Source of the DNA: Promethearchaeota archaeon | GTDB taxonomy: Archaea; Asgardarchaeota; Lokiarchaeia; Sigyniarchaeales; SOKP01 | Length of the DNA stretch: 64,000 nt | Direction of reading: 5' to 3' | NCBI GenBank assembly: GCA_048940445.1 | Contig: JBHLON010000006.1 | Location: 31,634-95,633 of the forward strand | Part shown: positions 60,808 to 64,000 of the stretch, piece after piece | Layout: each line of letters opens with the position of its first letter | Position numbering within the stretch: the first letter of the stretch is position 1 | Notes under the pieces: model-generated | What the model was told of the DNA's origin: nothing | What the model saw: only the letters and a program-made list of their open reading frames with translations | The model's database searches: none | Program-made: the position numbers and the translations under genes

Positions 60808-61263
60808 TTAATCTGGAGTTAGTTCATCTAAATCGCTTAGATCTAAACCTGAATCAAGCGTATCTGGTATATCTGATAAGAATTCATCAAGAATCTCTTT
60901 CAATTCGTCTCCAGATCTCTTTAAAATTAATCTAATTAACCCAATATTGATGTCTGGATCAGAGATGAGAGTTAAGACCCCCTTAGGACCACAACTTGAT
61001 GCAAATATCTTTCCCCCTGAAAACTCGCTTGTAACTATCTCTAGGTCTCCTAGTTCAAGATTTTTTCCTTGTTCTTCACTGGCACAAAAAACCGCACTAG
61101 CAATTGCGCCAATACCGTCAACATCGGCAGGAAAATAGGAAAATTTAGATACACTTGCGATAGTTAACCCTGTTCTATCGACCAAAATGACTTTTTTTAT
61201 TCCGCTTTCTGATTTAATAATCTTACTTAAGATGTTATCAAAACTTTTAGTGTCTAAGCTTAT
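60808..61263 (-). CDS. Roadblock/LC7 (MglB-like) protein with acidic tail, probable ATA start
   Basis: VILVDRTGLTIAS, GAIASA, NIGLIR; N-terminal helix is encoded upstream of TTG 61185, up to ATA 61263. Confidence 0.88.
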   Translation of the reverse strand: MSLDTKSFDNILSKIIKSESGIKKVILVDRTGLTIASVSKFSYFPADVDGIGAIASAVFCASEEQGKNLELGDLEIVTSEFSGGKIFASSCGPKGVLTLISDPDINIGLIRLILKRSGDELKEILDEFLSDIPDTLDSGLDLSDLDELTPD

Positions 61264-61470
61264 AGTTCACACCTTTAGGTATTTTGATAATTTATATAAT
61301 AATATTAAATTTTATTTTAATAAATATTTTCATACAGTTTATTGATTTAAAAATATTATGAAAAGAGTGGTATAAAAAATTATCTATTTACTTTTTTTTA
61401 TCATCCTTTTTGTCGTTGGAAAATTGTGAAAAAATATAATCATACTATATGATAGAAGGATCTGATTACG

Positions 61471-62274
61471 ATGGATTTAGGCTTAAAGAATAAGGTTGCA
61501 CTAGTTTTGGCAGCAAGTAAAGGTTTAGGTTTTGCTTGTGCGGAAGGTTTATATCAAGAAGGAGCAGATATTATGATCTGTAGCCGTTCAGAGGAAAATT
61601 TAAGGAAGGCACAAGAGAGCCTTTTAAGAAATAAAAAACATAATTTTGAAAATGACGTTTATTATTGTATAGCTGATTTAAAATATGAAAATCAAATCGA
61701 ACATTTGGTATCGGAAACTCTAAATAAGTTTGGAAGAATTGATATCCTAATTCATAATGCAGGTGGACCTCCTTCTGGACCTATAAGCAAAATAACAAAA
61801 GAGGATTGGAAGAACTCTATTGACTTAAATCTGTTATCTTTTGTAAGAATTACTAAATTAATCTTACCGATTATGCATGAACAGAAAGGAGGAAAAATCA
61901 TTGCAATTACTTCGGTATCTGTAAAGCAGCCATTGGATAACCTAGTATTATCAAATACTACTCGGCTTGGAATTGTAGGTTATGCTAAAACACTTGCTAA
62001 TGAATATGCAAAAGATAATGTTCTTGTAAATGTTGTGTGTCCAGGACCAACATTAACAGATAGAATGAAAGAATTGATTAATAGAACAATTAAAGTGACC
62101 AATAAATCAGAAAAAGAAGTTTTAAAAACATGGATAGATCAAATTCCTTTAGGTCGATTAGGAAACCCTGAGGAATTAGCGAATTTAGTGATTTTTCTTG
62201 CTTCTGAAAGAGCTAGTTATATAACTGGAACGGTTATCCAAATTGATGGAGGATTTATAAAAAGTGCTCTTTAA
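61471..62274 (+). CDS. SDR family oxidoreductase
   Basis: AASKGLG, NAGGPP, LSN..R, VCPG...TDR, IDGG. Confidence 0.92.
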   Translation: MDLGLKNKVALVLAASKGLGFACAEGLYQEGADIMICSRSEENLRKAQESLLRNKKHNFENDVYYCIADLKYENQIEHLVSETLNKFGRIDILIHNAGGPPSGPISKITKEDWKNSIDLNLLSFVRITKLILPIMHEQKGGKIIAITSVSVKQPLDNLVLSNTTRLGIVGYAKTLANEYAKDNVLVNVVCPGPTLTDRMKELINRTIKVTNKSEKEVLKTWIDQIPLGRLGNPEELANLVIFLASERASYITGTVIQIDGGFIKSAL

Positions 62275-62442
62275 ATTAATGTAACTTAGATATTACTTTA
62301 ATTTTAGACTTTTTTATATATACTTTATAATTAGACGATATAATTATGTATAAAAAAGATTTTTAAAGTGGTACTTTTATTATGTTTTTAAAATTAAGTT
62401 TAGATGAATTAAGAATATAATAACTTTATAAAGTGAGTGATA

Positions 62443-64000
62443 TTGCCTATAAAAAAGAAAACATATTTTAAGTTAAAAAGAATTCATGCAAAAGCAGTTT
62501 TAGTTTTATCTATTTTGCTTTTAAATTTCTTCGTAATTAATTTTTCAAATAATCTCATTACAAATCAGAATATAAATAACATTGAAAGTAAAAACAATAA
62601 AAGTGAAGATTTAAGAACTGAAAATTTGAAAACTGAAGATATTGCTATTGATAATACTTTCACGGGTACAGGATCTCCTTGGGATGTGACTCATTATGCA
62701 AATTACACAAAATCAAATTTAGAAGTTAGTTTTAATAATAATTCTTACGATGATACTCACGCAAAGGTTGAATTATATGGATGGAATGGACATCAATTAA
62801 ATTCTACGATAAAGAATTTATATGATACACGAAATTGGATTAATGGAACATTTCATTGCGGTCCTGATGATAATGATGATTCCCGAAATGATAATGATAG
62901 TAGTTTAGTTGCTGATTGGACATTTAAGACGAGAGATACAGGAGATCAAAATTACATGAGTGGTAATTATTTTGATAGTGGTTATGTTGCATCTGATGGT
63001 GCCGATTGTTTAGAATTATTGATTGGAGATTATAATAATTATTATTATGACGTTGGTGATAAGTGTTGGTGGGAAACTACTTTTGCGATTGATAGAGATA
63101 ATATCGATAGTGCATGGTTAAGTTTTGCAGTACGTCCCAAAGATAGTGACCAATATAATAATCATTTCGTTTTGCAAGTTATAGTTAATAATAAAATTCT
63201 ATGGGGTAATGGCCTTCAATCAATGATAGATGCATCTGGGTCTGTTGAATACGTTAATGGTGAATATTGGGGACAATGGTATAGTCCACCATCTATTTAC
63301 TTAGATGTTAATGATAATCAATTATTTCCTAATGGCGTCAAAAATATGAATGTCACTTTAGAATTCAAAAGAGTTAGTGGTAATACAGGATCAGGTTATG
63401 CAGAAGATTATTCTGTTCTTATTGATAATGTATCGTTAATAGTTAAAGGTGAAGCAAAACCAAGCCAACTGCAATTACAATTAAATAGTGAAGATGTAAA
63501 TGATAAGGTCAATTATGGTGAAGGTAAGCTTGGTATAATTAGTAATTGGGATGGAAGTCTCCAATCTTCCGTTATTGCTAATTTTAGTAGTGATTTGAAT
63601 TGGCCTTTCACTTATCAAGACGATGGAAATTGGATTAGCTATAAAGTTGAATTTAGTACTAATTTGAATTTATATACAAGTAAATCTACCCCCGAAAGCT
63701 ATTATAAAGCGGATCCTGATTTAAGTTATCAAGGTTCATCTTTTGTTGTATCTAATAATAGTAATGTGAATTGGACAACATATGCACATATGGAAGTTCC
63801 AACAGGATATGAAGAAACAAATATGACTGTTGAATATCCTTCGGATTTTGATTTGACAGGAGTATTTTTCTCACTAAATCCTAATTCACTTTCTGAAACC
63901 TTTATAAAAAAAATTGGTAATAAAAAAGTAGTAAATGTACCAGTAAGTTCTATAACAAGCAATACAAATGGATTTTGGAGGTTTGAGGCAGTGTCTCCTA
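62443..64000 (+). CDS. Large secreted surface glycoprotein, truncated by the window end
   Basis: Frame-1 reading frame from TTG 62443: basic plus hydrophobic signal, N/D/S/T-rich, many N-x-S/T sequons; no stop seen before the window end. Confidence 0.8.
   Translation, partial: MPIKKKTYFKLKRIHAKAVLVLSILLLNFFVINFSNNLITNQNINNIESKNNKSEDLRTENLKTEDIAIDNTFTGTGSPWDVTHYANYTKSNLEVSFNNNSYDDTHAKVELYGWNGHQLNSTIKNLYDTRNWINGTFHCGPDDNDDSRNDNDSSLVADWTFKTRDTGDQNYMSGNYFDSGYVASDGADCLELLIGDYNNYYYDVGDKCWWETTFAIDRDNIDSAWLSFAVRPKDSDQYNNHFVLQVIVNNKILWGNGLQSMIDASGSVEYVNGEYWGQWYSPPSIYLDVNDNQLFPNGVKNMNVTLEFKRVSGNTGSGYAEDYSVLIDNVSLIVKGEAKPSQLQLQLNSEDVNDKVNYGEGKLGIISNWDGSLQSSVIANFSSDLNWPFTYQDDGNWISYKVEFSTNLNLYTSKSTPESYYKADPDLSYQGSSFVVSNNSNVNWTTYAHMEVPTGYEETNMTVEYPSDFDLTGVFFSLNPNSLSETFIKKIGNKKVVNVPVSSITSNTNGFWRFEAVSP

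Noticed and set aside
181-63962. Numerous short ORFs antisense to or nested in long genes (e.g. 2428, 6879, 19669, 33748, 55302, 58495, 63729)
   Set aside because: Shadow ORFs of well-supported genes with no recognisable motifs
1-64000. CRISPR arrays, rRNA genes, IS transposases, integrases
   Set aside because: No regularly spaced repeats, rRNA-like GC-rich tracts or recombinase motifs seen

Overview
Very AT-rich archaeal DNA. The gene content points to an Asgard archaeon, most likely Lokiarchaeia (inference): a gelsolin-domain protein, roadblock and longin proteins, a Rab-like GTPase and a Loki-CTERM-type IPGY sorting signal. Main blocks: corA; a MoxR/VWA pair; a Mo/W-cofactor (moa/moe) plus tungstate ABC (tupABC) operon with a ModE-like box; a P1B ATPase and tRNA-Leu(CAG); eukaryotic-signature genes; two solitary DNA methyltransferases; a free-standing LAGLIDADG gene; a GH38 alpha-mannosidase; an archaeal-type (AcnX/UbiD) mevalonate-isoprenoid cluster; a COOH-NH2 ligase/amidohydrolase operon; and secreted proteins. 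The top finding is that two protein-coding genes, the GH38 mannosidase and mevalonate kinase, are each interrupted inside a conserved N-terminal motif by a 30-31 nt stop-containing insert. Each insert folds into a bulge-helix-bulge (BHB)-like motif. Cutting at the canonical tRNA-splicing-endonuclease positions exactly restores HWDREWY and GKIILFGEHF, so these are candidate tRNA-type mRNA introns in an Asgard archaeon. Other recoding candidates are a -1 frameshift fusing MoxR to VWA, AUA start codons, and an in-frame UGA with a SECIS-like 3' hairpin. All calls are by eye from motifs; no database searches were run.
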